Positions 48,140-56,519 of a stretch of DNA of 64,000 nt are shown piece by piece (the first letter of the stretch is position 1; each line of letters opens with the position of its first letter). The position numbers were made by a program, and so were the translations under genes. This DNA comes from Terriglobia bacterium (GTDB lineage Bacteria > Acidobacteriota > Terriglobia > UBA7540): positions 1,073 through 65,072 of the forward strand of contig DASUKV010000083.1 of NCBI GenBank assembly GCA_036278555.1, given 5' to 3'. A model generated the notes under the pieces. That model did not search any database. It was not told the origin of the DNA and worked only from the letters and a program-made list of their open reading frames with translations.

Positions 48140-49069
48140 TCAGGAGAAATCGTCGGGTTTTGCGAGTGGCAGTGACGTCTGGATAGCGGGCGCCGGCGCG
48201 GCGGCGGCGACCGGTACGAGGTCGGGATACTCTTCAAGCAGTGATTCAGGTGCTTGGACGATGCGTCCCGTAACCAGAGCGATCAATTGCAACCCATTGG
48301 CGACAGCTTTTCCTCTAGCATGATTGTTGGTGATGACAAAGGTGACTTTGCTTCGTTGAGCGACATGCCGGATGCGTTCTACCCAGGGGTCTAATTCCTC
48401 CAGCCGGTAAAGATAGTTGTAACGCTGGCCGGGGTTCTCGTTTGTGGTAAACCATTCCTTGTAGTTTCGCCCGTGCAGCCGGACGTATCCTACGGGCGCA
48501 GTGACGTTTTCAGTCGGTTTGATGGACCGCCCGATCACGGGCTGGTCGATGTTGCAGAACCCGACGCCCAGCTCGCTGAGCATTTCGAGGATCTCTGGCT
48601 TGTTCCACGAACTGTGCCGAACTTCAATCACCAAGGGGCATTCCCGGAACTGCCTGCAAAGATCGGCAACATACTGGCGGTTTTCAGGATCGTTTTTGAA
48701 TGACCACGGAAACTGCAACAACAACGCTCCCAGCCGTCCCGCTTCGGCGAGAGGAGCGATCCCATCCTTGAAAGCTCGCTCGTCTTCCGGCGTCGCGTTT
48801 CGATCGTGCGTGAAGCCCTGCCAGAGCTTAGCGGTAAATGTAAAGCTCGGATGGTGCTGCACCTGGCGAAGCCATTCCTTCACCACTTCAGGTCGCGGCG
48901 GGTTATAGAAACTGGTGTTGACTTCAACGGCGTCAAAGAATTGCGCCAGGTATTCCAGTTCATGAAAGCCTCGGGGTTTGCGTTTGGGATAGACGATTCC
49001 GCGCCAATCTGGATAGGACCAGCCTGCGGGGCCGATGCGAATAACGGCTTGTGAGGGAGCGTCCGCCAT
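48140..49069 (-). CDS. DUF72 (YecE-like) protein
   Basis: 'IG.AGWSY.DW.G..YP', 'VEVNTSFY', 'LLQFP.SF', 'EVRH.SW', 'YVRLHGRN', 'YNYLY'. Confidence 0.92.
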   Translation of the reverse strand: MADAPSQAVIRIGPAGWSYPDWRGIVYPKRKPRGFHELEYLAQFFDAVEVNTSFYNPPRPEVVKEWLRQVQHHPSFTFTAKLWQGFTHDRNATPEDERAFKDGIAPLAEAGRLGALLLQFPWSFKNDPENRQYVADLCRQFRECPLVIEVRHSSWNKPEILEMLSELGVGFCNIDQPVIGRSIKPTENVTAPVGYVRLHGRNYKEWFTTNENPGQRYNYLYRLEELDPWVERIRHVAQRSKVTFVITNNHARGKAVANGLQLIALVTGRIVQAPESLLEEYPDLVPVAAAAPAPAIQTSLPLAKPDDFS

Positions 49070-49078
49070 GATGTGAGT

Positions 49079-51325
49079 TTAGCTCAGGATCGGCGGAATA
49101 GAAGCTGCGAAGGACTCGAATCTTTTAGAAAGTGACGGAGATGCGGTAGTGAGAGCAAGGGAGTGCGCGAAGTGGGTGAAAGGTTGGAATGCCTTCTCCA
49201 GCGCCTCCTGGTAAGCCTCGTCGTCGTAGCCTCTCCAGGCTTCCCACAGAGTCCAGGCGCGAACCCGGTCATCCAGTAATTTGGAGTGGACATCGGTGAT
49301 GATGAACTGGATGTTTTCACCAGGCCGTACCTGGACGCCAGCGCGGTCGAGTTGCCGGGCAACGATAGCCGTCAGATTATTCTTCTGATAGTCCTTCGGG
49401 GAGCGAGTCAGCCGTCGGCTGATCACCAGTTCTTCAGGCGCAACACTGCACTCGATCAGCCGGGCAAGATATTGTTCGCAGACTTCGCGCGCCTCGTCAA
49501 GTTTCGCGCAATAAGACTCGAAATCCCATGCTTCTGCCAGAACAGCAAGCACCTCCCGCTGCATCCGGGCGACCAAGGGCGGTGTGTCATGGCGGCGGCA
49601 TTCGAGACCCCTGATCTTAATTTCGCCACTTTGGGATACCGCGAAAAAGCGATTCGGTACCGGAATCTCAGCGTCCTGCTTTGAGGGCAGGAAAACAACG
49701 TAGCGATAAACTGCTTCAACGGCCAGCGGTAGGTTGGTCTTCGCCTCGATCTGCCGGGCGAGCCGTTCGTAATCTTCGCCCGTCGCTTCAAGCTTCTGGA
49801 CGTAGAGCGAATCCACTAACGCATGGAGCACCCGGTAACCGGACCCTTCCGCCGTCTCCTTGGCCACCAGCAGTTGTTCTCGCGCCATCGCATTGATGGC
49901 TTCATGGGCTTCGATCTTGCCGAAGCGGGCGTTCTTATAGCCGGTGTAGCCAAAGCAACAAACTAAAAGCCATTTCAGCGCGTCGCGCCGCAGTTTGTAT
50001 TCCTCCGCATCATGATCTCTGGCTTGCTGTTTATAAAGCTGGCGCTTTTGAATCAGGCGTTCCACGACCCGGCTGGTAATTCCGCGCCTGCGCTGGCAAA
50101 CCCGATAGCCCAGTTCGGGGATCCTTGGTCCGTCCGGACAGCAACCGCAATTGACCGTCTCGGGCGAGATATTGAATGTTGCCATGATGGTCGGGTACTC
50201 GCTGATGAAATCCAGCTCCGCAACGTTCTCAAAGAAGCCCGGACGTGGGGCAAAGACCAGTCCACCCCGGTCCGCCGCCAGAAGCTCATCGGGATGCTTG
50301 GGATTCTCGGGCTCGGCCTTCTGTTCGGGAATCAGCGTCCCGTCCTTATAGGCCAGCTCCATCTGCATGTAGGAAATGCCCGTGCCGGTCGTGGTCCGGG
50401 CGGCGTATTGAATGGGGAGTTTGGTCACGCGCGCCAGTTCCCACAAGCCGTCCAACTCGCACTGGCCGGCAATGAAGGAATTCTGTGTGTCGATATGAAG
50501 CCTGCCAAAGAGGGTGCTGGCGCTTTCTTTGAACAAGATGCGCCCGTAGCTCATATAGGTCCGTGCTGCGCTGTGCTGGACAGGCGCCTGATCGCGGTTG
50601 AGGGAAAGGCAGATATCCCTCTTGGCTGCCTGCCGGAACAGTAGGGGGAACAGCACCGCGTCTCCCCACTCGCTTAGGATGATGTCAGGGTCGTGCGTCC
50701 GCAGCAGGCGCTCGAAACTTTCCACAACGGGTTCATCCGCATCCTCTAGCACCCGCCACTCTCCGTCGATGGCAATCTCGATGGCTCCCTGGCGTCCATG
50801 CTTGGGGTTCACACGGCTGAGCCCTTCCAGACGAATCTGCATGATTCGCAGAGGCGGCAGATCATAAGTCGTAGACCATTCATCATCATCGCAGGCAAGC
50901 GAACTGATTTTGCCAGCATCGTTCACCTCGGCGCTGACGCGGCCAAGCGGAAAAATTCCTTTCTCCCAGCAATAGACGGATGCAAGCATCAAGTCGGAAT
51001 TGTAAAGCCGGAGGCTGGCGTCAAACCGGCGCACAAAGCGGGCGAGAGTTGAAAACAGCAGCAGGTGATAAACCGTCACCTGCAACACTCGCAGCGGCTG
51101 TCCGTCCCAGATGCTGGCTCTTTCTTTGAGCGCGCAATGAGCTGGGAATCTTGCCTCAATCGCTTGCGCCAGGCGGGAAAGCCGGGTCTCGTGCCCCTGC
51201 ACGTAGAAGCAGGGTCGGAATGACCGGTCAATCAGACGATGGTGTTTTCCGTTCGCTTCGATCAGCCACAGCGCCATCCCTTCGCGGCAGGGGCAGAGGT
51301 CGAGAATCCATCCATTGAGTTTCAA
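49079..51325 (-). CDS. B-family DNA polymerase, PolB2-like
   Basis: 'ELDFISEYP.IM..FNISPET', 'LKWLLV.CFGY.GYKNARFG.IEAHEAINA', 'HALVDSLYV', 'IRGLE.RRHDTP'. Probable TTG start at 51325. Confidence 0.9.
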   Translation of the reverse strand: MKLNGWILDLCPCREGMALWLIEANGKHHRLIDRSFRPCFYVQGHETRLSRLAQAIEARFPAHCALKERASIWDGQPLRVLQVTVYHLLLFSTLARFVRRFDASLRLYNSDLMLASVYCWEKGIFPLGRVSAEVNDAGKISSLACDDDEWSTTYDLPPLRIMQIRLEGLSRVNPKHGRQGAIEIAIDGEWRVLEDADEPVVESFERLLRTHDPDIILSEWGDAVLFPLLFRQAAKRDICLSLNRDQAPVQHSAARTYMSYGRILFKESASTLFGRLHIDTQNSFIAGQCELDGLWELARVTKLPIQYAARTTTGTGISYMQMELAYKDGTLIPEQKAEPENPKHPDELLAADRGGLVFAPRPGFFENVAELDFISEYPTIMATFNISPETVNCGCCPDGPRIPELGYRVCQRRRGITSRVVERLIQKRQLYKQQARDHDAEEYKLRRDALKWLLVCCFGYTGYKNARFGKIEAHEAINAMAREQLLVAKETAEGSGYRVLHALVDSLYVQKLEATGEDYERLARQIEAKTNLPLAVEAVYRYVVFLPSKQDAEIPVPNRFFAVSQSGEIKIRGLECRRHDTPPLVARMQREVLAVLAEAWDFESYCAKLDEAREVCEQYLARLIECSVAPEELVISRRLTRSPKDYQKNNLTAIVARQLDRAGVQVRPGENIQFIITDVHSKLLDDRVRAWTLWEAWRGYDDEAYQEALEKAFQPFTHFAHSLALTTASPSLSKRFESFAASIPPILS

Positions 51326-51575
51326 GGTTAATCCCCAGGCGCGCCTCGATAGCGCGCAGCCGAATTTCATGGTCAAGCCCGATGGCCACGTTGATCGCGT
51401 CCATGGCATTCACCGGGAACTGGTAAGTGCAAGCTTGAGAAAACAAGCGAACCCGGTTGAACATCGAATCCAGGTACGCCCTTTCCTCCTGACGAAGCGC
51501 GCGGCCAAAAACACGCTGCCAGCTTTGCAACTCCTGCTCAATCAGATCACGGAAGGTTGCTACCGTACGTCCCAT
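51228..51575 (-). CDS. Small PolB2-partner protein (PPB2 / arCOG07300-like)
   Basis: 'MGRTV.TFR..IE.E...W...F.RALR.E.R..LD.MF'; overlaps the polB start. Confidence 0.8.
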   Translation of the reverse strand: MGRTVATFRDLIEQELQSWQRVFGRALRQEERAYLDSMFNRVRLFSQACTYQFPVNAMDAINVAIGLDHEIRLRAIEARLGINLETQWMDSRPLPLPRRDGAVADRSERKTPSSD

Positions 51576-52297
51576 CGTTTGCCTCGTTTAGTCACCGTAA
51601 CGCGGGTATCCCCTTCAACATTCTGCCTGGGGCAAGCCACTTGCTGTCGCGCTCTTCCATCCCCAATCGCGCGCAGCGAAATGCCTTGGACCTCGCGGAG
51701 TGGCGGGTGAAGTGACAATGTGAGCCTCCCTTGCTCGTTGCGATCAAACCTCCAGACCTCAGTTGCTGCCCTCCGCGCTCGCTCGATAAAACTCCTCCGC
51801 GAGTCATCTGGTGTGAAACCAGCGGACGAAGAAAAAACGGCGAGAGCCAGTGGCGGCGCAGCGCGTGAAGCCCAATGTCTGAGGTCTCCAAGGGCATGCT
51901 CAAATGCAAGGCACGCGTCCCAGTCACGAATATCCTGATCGAGATAGAGCGCAGGGAAAGCGGTCACAATCAAGACTTGAGCCAGAAAACAGGCAATGAA
52001 TTGCGGAACCCGGGCAATGAGTTCAGTAAGCTGAAAGCAGGTGAACGCTCGCGCAATCTGAACCTGGCGGCTAAACTGCTCAAAGGAAATGCCAGACTGC
52101 CGGGCCAACCTCGCCATCAGATGAGGACTGGCAGAATTCGCACCATCCAGAAACAGAATGCGCTGTCCCTTCCGGATCAAGCCTGGCAAAAAGTAATGGC
52201 TTAGCCGAGGCGCTTCCCGGTCCCCCTCAAACAGCGCCAGCCCTTTCGACGGCAAGGTCCAAGGGTTTCGAGTCGTTGACAGGGTTGCAGGGTTCAT
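51560..52297 (-). CDS. Inactivated RadA/RecA-like protein (iRadA, ImuA-analogous)
   Basis: 'ILFLDGANS', 'IARAFTCFQL', 'LY.DQD'; no intact Walker A; first gene of the polB2 operon. Confidence 0.75.
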   Translation of the reverse strand: MNPATLSTTRNPWTLPSKGLALFEGDREAPRLSHYFLPGLIRKGQRILFLDGANSASPHLMARLARQSGISFEQFSRQVQIARAFTCFQLTELIARVPQFIACFLAQVLIVTAFPALYLDQDIRDWDACLAFEHALGDLRHWASRAAPPLALAVFSSSAGFTPDDSRRSFIERARRAATEVWRFDRNEQGRLTLSLHPPLREVQGISLRAIGDGRARQQVACPRQNVEGDTRVTVTKRGKRWDVR

Positions 52298-52323
52298 CTT
52301 TTTGCCTCCGCTTCTCTTTTCAA

Positions 52324-52352
52324 ACCATAGGCGAATAAAAAGCAAATGTCAA
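52324..52352 (-). promoter_or_regulatory. Sigma70-type promoter of the iRadA-PPB2-polB2-DUF72 operon
   Basis: Minus strand TTGACA-(17 nt TTTGCTTTTTATTCGCC)-TATGGT, 27 nt upstream of the probable ATG. Confidence 0.7.
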
Positions 52353-52498
52353 GGCGGTGCGTTTTACTTGCACTTAGAGACGGCCGCCTCAGACCCCAGG
52401 GGGAAACTCTTTACGCCTGAACCGCTGCCTTCTTGTCAGCGCCCCCGCGACCGCCACCGCTGGCGACTTCTAAATTCTGTTCCAAGGAGCAAACCGTC

Positions 52499-53854
52499 AT
52501 GATCATTGGAGTGACCCACGACTCCGGTGGCCGTGCTATCCAGCGGCTATCGGTTTCAACCAAGATTGCCATCGGTCTGCCGCCGAATGGCGACCGCAAT
52601 TATCCCACCAAGCTCGACCACTTCGTTTTCTTGCGCAAAAAGAGAACCACTAAGGGTGTCGAGTGGGAACCCGACCCGGAGTTAACCGGGCATTACGGTA
52701 AGGACTGCCGGGAAATCCGCATCGTCCTGATTGACGACGATATGGAGAACATCTTTCCGTCTTCGTATGCCTGGTGGACGGCGGTGGAGAGGAAGTGCTG
52801 GGGCGACGGAACATCAGCGACCCGGCGAACTCCCGAGAAGCCCGTCGGCCAGCCGTGGACGCCGTGCGGAAACGGTTGCCCTGAGTTGGCGTCAGGTTTG
52901 TGCAAGCCCAGCGGCGACTTGAGATTTGTCCTGGCTGACTTCCCAAGGCTAGGGAGCGTGTGCCGCATTCACACCACTTCGTACCGCTCGATTCGGCAGA
53001 TCCATTCCGCCCTTCAGGAGATTCAAAGCTTTACCTGGGGCCGGCTGGCCGGGCTCACGGCGAAGCTGGTGGTCCGCCCTGAGGACACCGCGTATTTCGA
53101 TGTCAAGGAGAACCGCAAGAAATCAACCACCATCTGGGCGTTGAGCCTGGAAGTGGATGGGGAAGACATGCAAAAGCTGGTTGCGAACCTCACCGAGAAC
53201 GCGCGCGTGTTTGCCGAGACGCGGAAGCTGCTGGACAGTGGCCGAGTGATTGAGGTGGTTGAAGACGAGGAGGAGCAGGCTCCCGAACTGACGGCAGAAT
53301 TCTACCCACCGGCGTCAGGCACGCCCGCGCCCGGAGGCTCGCCGCCCGTGGCGGGAGCTCCGGCTTCTGGCGCAAACGGCTCCGTGACTGGGGCCGATCA
53401 TCCGCAGCACGGCCTTCCGCCAATTTCAAGTAAGCTAGCGACAAAACCTCCGCTCCGCGAACCGCAGCGGAAAGCGCCACAGTCAAAAGGCGAAGATCAC
53501 AGTCCGGCAACACCTGGGAATGGTATTCCACAGCAGCCGGCATCTAGCGGATCGAAGCCAAACGGCACAGAGACGCCCCCCGGGGCGCAGGCAAAGACGA
53601 GCGTTATCCGCGGCATCGTCGGGCCGTTCGAGCCGGACGAATCGGGTAACACCATGCGCCGCAACAACAGTGGCGTCGAGTATGTAGTGTTTAAGATTTC
53701 GCAGGGTGACTCGGCGGCCACGGTCTATTGCAACCGTCCCGAAATGCTGCCCGAGATTGCACAACGTCAGGGTCGCAAAGTGAACGCCCAGGTTGCGCTG
53801 GTCGGCAACAACGGCCAATCGTATTACGTCCTCGATCACTTTATGGAGGATTGA
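52499..53854 (+). CDS. Phage Gp3-like (recombination directionality factor-like) protein
   Basis: 'KIAIG....YP.KLDHF.F', 'CWGDG..A.R', 'C..GC....CKP.G.L.F.L', 'TTS..SI..I'; Pro-rich linker and C-terminal OB-like domain. Confidence 0.7.
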   Translation: MIIGVTHDSGGRAIQRLSVSTKIAIGLPPNGDRNYPTKLDHFVFLRKKRTTKGVEWEPDPELTGHYGKDCREIRIVLIDDDMENIFPSSYAWWTAVERKCWGDGTSATRRTPEKPVGQPWTPCGNGCPELASGLCKPSGDLRFVLADFPRLGSVCRIHTTSYRSIRQIHSALQEIQSFTWGRLAGLTAKLVVRPEDTAYFDVKENRKKSTTIWALSLEVDGEDMQKLVANLTENARVFAETRKLLDSGRVIEVVEDEEEQAPELTAEFYPPASGTPAPGGSPPVAGAPASGANGSVTGADHPQHGLPPISSKLATKPPLREPQRKAPQSKGEDHSPATPGNGIPQQPASSGSKPNGTETPPGAQAKTSVIRGIVGPFEPDESGNTMRRNNSGVEYVVFKISQGDSAATVYCNRPEMLPEIAQRQGRKVNAQVALVGNNGQSYYVLDHFMED

Positions 53855-53858
53855 GACC

Positions 53859-54509
53859 GTGGCTATCGAATTCACCTTCGATTCACAACGGCACCTCTAT
53901 CTCGTCCAAGGAAGGCCTGTGCCCAGCGTGACTCAGGTGCTCCACGCTGCCGGCCTCTCGACCGATTATTCGACCGTTGTCCCTGAAGTGCTGGAGCACA
54001 AGCGCGTCATCGGGGAATATGTGCACAGGGCCACGCAGTACCTGGATGAAGGGAGCCTCGACCGTGAGAGCGTTGACCCGGAGTTAAGAGGATATCTTTC
54101 CGCTTACGAGGCTTTTCTCAGGGAATCAGGCTTCAAGGCTCAATCGATCGAACAGCGGCTGGTCGGCTGTGTAAGCGGCATGCTGTGCGGCGGAACGGTG
54201 GATCGGATCGGGACAATGGCCGGCAAGTTGTGGGTCCTTGACCTCAAATGCATCGACCGGCTCTATCCCAGTTTTGCTATTCAAACCGCTGGCTACGAAT
54301 TACTCTTACCGAAGTCAGTTGTCCCGCCCTTCCGCTACACTCGCGCCGTGCTTCAGTTGAAGCCGAACGGTTCGTACAAGCTCACCAGCTATGACGATCT
54401 TGCGGACTTCGATGTCTTCCGCGCCGCGCTCGCGGTCACGGTGTGGAAGATCAACCACGGTATGGTGATTGAAACGGGTGCCTGGTCAGAACTTGACGAA
54501 GCGGCATAA
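53859..54509 (+). CDS. Phage-type PD-(D/E)XK nuclease
   Basis: 'F....H.Y...G..VPSVTQVL', 'G..VH.A', 'GTVDRI....VLDLK', 'Q.AGY'. Confidence 0.8.
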   Translation: MAIEFTFDSQRHLYLVQGRPVPSVTQVLHAAGLSTDYSTVVPEVLEHKRVIGEYVHRATQYLDEGSLDRESVDPELRGYLSAYEAFLRESGFKAQSIEQRLVGCVSGMLCGGTVDRIGTMAGKLWVLDLKCIDRLYPSFAIQTAGYELLLPKSVVPPFRYTRAVLQLKPNGSYKLTSYDDLADFDVFRAALAVTVWKINHGMVIETGAWSELDEAA

Positions 54510-54576
54510 ACGCTCAGCCTCGCTGTTCGTTCGAATCTCACCAGAGAGCCTTACAACCTGCAGGAGGCATCGGTAT

Positions 54577-55422
54577 ATGGAAACAGCTTTGACACTTACA
54601 AGCCCGCCGGAATTGACAGTCTCAGAAGGCGAGAAGGCGCAACTTTCTGCCTTAGTTCAGGCAAAGATTGTGGAAACGGAAACCCTCACCGTGGTTTCGA
54701 CTGACGCGCAGTTCGAGGCTGCTGGTGAGGAACTGAGAGCGATCGCAGAGCTGCGTTCGCAGCTGGAGAGTGCCGTCAGGCCTTATATCACCTTCTGGCA
54801 TCAGGGTCACAAGACGCATACGCAATTATTGGCGACGCTCGACGGGCCGCTCGAAGCCGGGGAACGGTCGATCAAACAGGGTCTATCCCGGTACCAGCGG
54901 GAGAAGGAGGAAGCACGACGCCGGGAAGAAGAGCGGCTGCGGCGGGAAACGGAAGAGCTGCGCCGCAAGCTCGAAGAGGAAGATCGCAGGCGGAGGGAAA
55001 TGGTGGCGGAAGCGGCCAGGCGGAAGCTTGAAGAAGAGGCGCTGACCGAAGCGGCTGCCCGCGAATCTGAAGGCGACCATGAAATGGCCGAACTGATCCT
55101 CGAGCACGCGGTCGAGCAAACGGAAGCCATGCCCGAGCTGGAACCCCGTGTTCCCATGGTGCTCGTAGCGCCCGTGATCCAGGCATCCACGCCCAAGCTG
55201 CACGGGGTGGGTTTCCGCGAGGTGCCGAAGTGGCGCATGCAGTGCGGGCACGAGCGGGCCGATGACCCGAGTTGCGCGACCTGCCGGTGTGTCCCGCGAG
55301 AGTACCTGGTGCTCGATCCTAAGCGGGTGCAGGCGCGAGTCAACGGTTTCGGGGTCAACACCGGCATTCCCGGTATTGAGGTATGGACGGAGTGTCAGGC
55401 TAGCGTCCGCAGGAAGCTGTGA
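54577..55422 (+). CDS. Phage-type coiled-coil protein
   Basis: Long E/R coiled coil, C-terminal 'VPREYL..D..........IPGIEV'; RBS AGGAGG. Confidence 0.7.
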   Translation: METALTLTSPPELTVSEGEKAQLSALVQAKIVETETLTVVSTDAQFEAAGEELRAIAELRSQLESAVRPYITFWHQGHKTHTQLLATLDGPLEAGERSIKQGLSRYQREKEEARRREEERLRRETEELRRKLEEEDRRRREMVAEAARRKLEEEALTEAAARESEGDHEMAELILEHAVEQTEAMPELEPRVPMVLVAPVIQASTPKLHGVGFREVPKWRMQCGHERADDPSCATCRCVPREYLVLDPKRVQARVNGFGVNTGIPGIEVWTECQASVRRKL

Positions 55423-55523
55423 TGTGCGCGTGTGTGTGGTGGAATGGGTTTCAATCGCATCGTCCGATCATGACCGGCTTTGCCAGTTGTTTCATGCGGT
55501 AGGATTATACCGCGCAGCAGGGT

Positions 55524-55934
55524 CTACCGAAGAAGGTCGATGCCGGCCTTTTGAGCAGCGGCTCGCATCTTGCTATCCAGTGTCGCCAGCGGCAGGTTGC
55601 GGCGGAGCGCCAGTTCAAAATACGCGGCATCATAAGCCGTCAATCCCGACTGGCGAGCTGCTGCAATCAGAGCAGAGGGCGTCGTGGGGTTGACTTCGAG
55701 GAACGCAGCGAGGCGTTCGATATCGCTGATGTGTCCTGAAACGATCTGGATGGATGCCCGGCCACTACGTTCCGCCGTCATTAGAGCATTACAGACTTCG
55801 TAATACCAGAGGTCGGGGACAACCCCAATCGTCCCCGACTGGAGCATGTGTAACGCGCGCTGGGCTATGCGTGGTGTTGGTTTGTCAACCATCCAACCGA
55901 TGGCTGTCGAAGCGTCCAGGACCAGATACTTCAG
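55524..55934 (-). CDS. vapC: PIN-domain toxin VapC
   Basis: In-frame upstream sequence gives LKYLVLDAS..IGW; 'P.LW.YEV.N.L', 'LTAYDAAYFELA...LATLD'. Confidence 0.88.
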   Translation of the reverse strand: MKYLVLDASTAIGWMVDKPTPRIAQRALHMLQSGTIGVVPDLWYYEVCNALMTAERSGRASIQIVSGHISDIERLAAFLEVNPTTPSALIAAARQSGLTAYDAAYFELALRRNLPLATLDSKMRAAAQKAGIDLLR

Positions 55935-56170
55935 AAGCGCCTCCCCTCATCGATCAAACTCTTGATCGCGACCCCTTTGGGAAGTTTGATCCGGGGACGG
56001 CTCCTGATGGAGTCAAAAATTTCTTTCAGGGTCCGCTCGCGCTCTGCGGGCATCGGCAGCAAACGCGCCTGCCCTCTTCCACGGCGCGTGATAATGATCT
56101 CTTCGCCCCTGGACGCCCGCTCCACCAGTTGCGAGAGCTTCTGTTTGGCCTCGAAGATCCCTACGGTCAT
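55931..56170 (-). CDS. Phd/YefM antitoxin
   Basis: 'VGIFEAKQKLSQLVERA..GEEIIITRRG...ARL.P'. Confidence 0.92.
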   Translation of the reverse strand: MTVGIFEAKQKLSQLVERASRGEEIIITRRGRGQARLLPMPAERERTLKEIFDSIRSRPRIKLPKGVAIKSLIDEGRRF

Positions 56171-56211
56171 AGGTCTAATGCCTCCTGGACAGATAAAAGT
56201 CTAACAAGATG

Positions 56212-56241
56212 ATCGTACTATCCAGCTTGTTGACACGTCAA
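56212..56241 (-). promoter_or_regulatory. Promoter and palindromic operator of the phd-vapC pair
   Basis: Minus strand TTGACG-18-TACGAT; palindrome TTGACACGTCAA (56230-56241) overlaps the -35. Confidence 0.5.
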
Positions 56242-56519
56242 GCGCGCCAGTTCCGGATGGTCCATCGTGGCCATCAAGCAAGAGGGCCCTGCCGGAGGAA
56301 GAAGGGGCGGCTTTGTCAGCCCACTCTCTTGCAGCCTTTACGGGGGCCAAGATCAGATCTTCCGCCCCGTCCGGAGGACCAAAGCGAGAGATGGGCATCG
56401 GTCGCCGCGGCTGGAGGAGTGTCTCGCGCAGGTTATCGACGGCCATGCGCAAGGCGCGATCAGTTTATGGCAAGACGGCGGGCCAGCCCGCCGATTTCAG
56501 AAACACAAAGGTGACCACC

